Origin: an uncultured virus (IMG/VR IMGVR_UViG_3300026472_000008)
Lineage: Duplodnaviria; Heunggongvirae; Uroviricota; Caudoviricetes; Crassvirales
Strand: one strand, 5' to 3'
Length of the DNA stretch: 64,000 nt
Virus record (IMG/VR): IMGVR_UViG_3300026472_000008
Under the pieces are notes generated by a model. That model worked only from the letters and a program-made list of their open reading frames with translations. It was not told where the DNA came from and made no database searches. Made by a program: the position numbers and the translations under genes. Of the stretch, positions 62,482-64,000 are shown piece after piece (position 1 is the first letter of the stretch; every line of letters starts with the position of its first letter).

Positions 62482-64000
62482 ATGACTAATGATTTCCAAA
62501 GTTATGATTTTCCTAAACAGAGAATTCCTAATTCCGAAAAGACTCTTACTTGGGCTGCTGAATGCTGTGATTGGATTATAGCTCAAGGTATTGGAATGAA
62601 AGATGTTGCAGGACTTGAACTTAAATATGGTTTAATTCAAGGTATAGTTCCTGATGAAGCTTATAAGAAAATACTAAATCCTTATAATGCTACTAATGAA
62701 CAATATACTAGATTCCCTGCAACTATGCGCCATTACGATATGCTTAATGGTATTCTTCGTAGATATATTGGTGAGTATATTAAGTCTAATCATGATTTTA
62801 TTGTAGCTGCTAATAATCCAGAAGTTGTATTTGCTAAAAATGCTAAACTTAAACAAGAGATTGGTGTTATTATACAACAAAAGATTGCTGTTAAGATACA
62901 AGAGAGTTATACTCAATGGCAACAAGGAGGTAATGATCCTAAAGAGTTTAATCCACAAACTGCTCTTGATATACCTAAATTCATTGAAGAATTTGAGGAA
63001 AAATATATTGATGATATGTCTGAACAAGGTCAGCATATTCTTAATGTAATTAGAGATATTACAGAAGATACTTTATTGTATGCTAGATGTTATTTTGATT
63101 TTATTAGTTTTGGAGAATGTTTCTCTTATGCAGATATAACAGGTAATGAACTAGTTAAGAAAGCTATTAGTGCTAAAGATGCATTTCCTATTTCTACTGA
63201 TAATATGTTTCATGAAGATGATGATGCTTTTGCATGTCGTCGTAAAGTTACCTTTCAGCAGATTATGGATAAGTATGGAGATACTATTGATGATAATCAA
63301 TTAAGTTTCCTTAATACTTATTATGCTAGAAATGGAGCACCAGTTACTGCTGAATATGCTTTTAGTACTTATGAATCTTTCTTTCCTGATGTTTGTAATA
63401 AATATTCTAAAACTGATAGAGATATATTTAAGAAAGAAGCTGTTTTTCAAAGAAGTAAGAATTCTGGTTTATATGATGAATGGCATGTTGTTTGGAGAGG
63501 GGAAGCTAGACAAGCTTTAGTTACTTATCAAAATCCTGCAGGATTTATTGATACTCGTGTTGAGGCAGATGATTATATTCTTAATCCAGCAATAGGAGAC
63601 ATATCAATTGAATATGTTTATCAACCACAAGTTTATGAATGTATTCGTATTGGAGGACGTAATGATGCTATATATCCTTTAACAGATAAAGGTTTTAGAG
63701 CTATTGCTTTCAATAGAAATGGTAAGCTTCCATATAACGGTGTTAGTGAATTACTTCAAGGTTTAGGTAAGTTTAGTATTGTAGAGATTGTAACTCCTTA
63801 TAGTATTTTCTATGATATTGTTGCTTATCATAGAGAAATGGCTCTTGCTAAGAATAAACTTTCTATTCTTATGATAGCTAAATCATTACTAGGTAAAGTA
63901 GCTGAAGAGACTTTATATAAAATGATTGCTGATGGTGTTCTTTATTATGATGATACTGATGATTCTGCAGGACTTAGGGCTCAACAAGTTCGTATGTTAC
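62482..64000 (+). CDS. Portal protein (3'-truncated; absent from the ORF track)
   Basis: Open frame from ATG 62482 (MTNDFQSYDFPKQRIP...); follows terL as in crAss-like phages. Confidence 0.8.
   Translation, partial: MTNDFQSYDFPKQRIPNSEKTLTWAAECCDWIIAQGIGMKDVAGLELKYGLIQGIVPDEAYKKILNPYNATNEQYTRFPATMRHYDMLNGILRRYIGEYIKSNHDFIVAANNPEVVFAKNAKLKQEIGVIIQQKIAVKIQESYTQWQQGGNDPKEFNPQTALDIPKFIEEFEEKYIDDMSEQGQHILNVIRDITEDTLLYARCYFDFISFGECFSYADITGNELVKKAISAKDAFPISTDNMFHEDDDAFACRRKVTFQQIMDKYGDTIDDNQLSFLNTYYARNGAPVTAEYAFSTYESFFPDVCNKYSKTDRDIFKKEAVFQRSKNSGLYDEWHVVWRGEARQALVTYQNPAGFIDTRVEADDYILNPAIGDISIEYVYQPQVYECIRIGGRNDAIYPLTDKGFRAIAFNRNGKLPYNGVSELLQGLGKFSIVEIVTPYSIFYDIVAYHREMALAKNKLSILMIAKSLLGKVAEETLYKMIADGVLYYDDTDDSAGLRAQQVRML

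Overview
This AT-rich window is part of a crAss-like phage genome (Crassvirales-type, probable Bacteroidota host) using the standard genetic code. It has three blocks. (i) 1-19.7 kb, + strand: two giant virion cargo genes (an HExxH zincin-motif protein and a 4533-aa virion RNA polymerase with a DFDVD catalytic motif), then a phage GroEL and a double convergent terminator. (ii) 19.9-54.2 kb, - strand: an early/replication block with a probable anti-defence sponge cluster (two Tad2/DUF2829 genes, a Gp49/Gp66-family gene, an Acb2/Tad1-like gene, KTSC), ThyX, DEDDh exonuclease, MazG-like pyrophosphatase, DUF932, Gp157, dNMP kinase, ATP ligase, primase, SSB, RecT-like protein, a degenerate SF2 helicase, PolB, a UDG-like protein, a Dda-like helicase, an atypical tRNA and many small ORFs behind a repeated promoter-like motif. 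(iii) 54.7-64 kb, + strand: HU/IHF-like protein, PD-(D/E)XK nuclease, lysis genes, large terminase and the start of the portal gene. The most striking unexplained signal is a GC-rich quasi-palindromic motif, TTCCCTCTACAGGCAAGG. It occurs 16 times across the window, mostly inside genes in three different reading registers. The first 12 copies alternate strictly in orientation, and some neighbouring copies share private variants. All calls were made by eye from motifs; no database searches were run.
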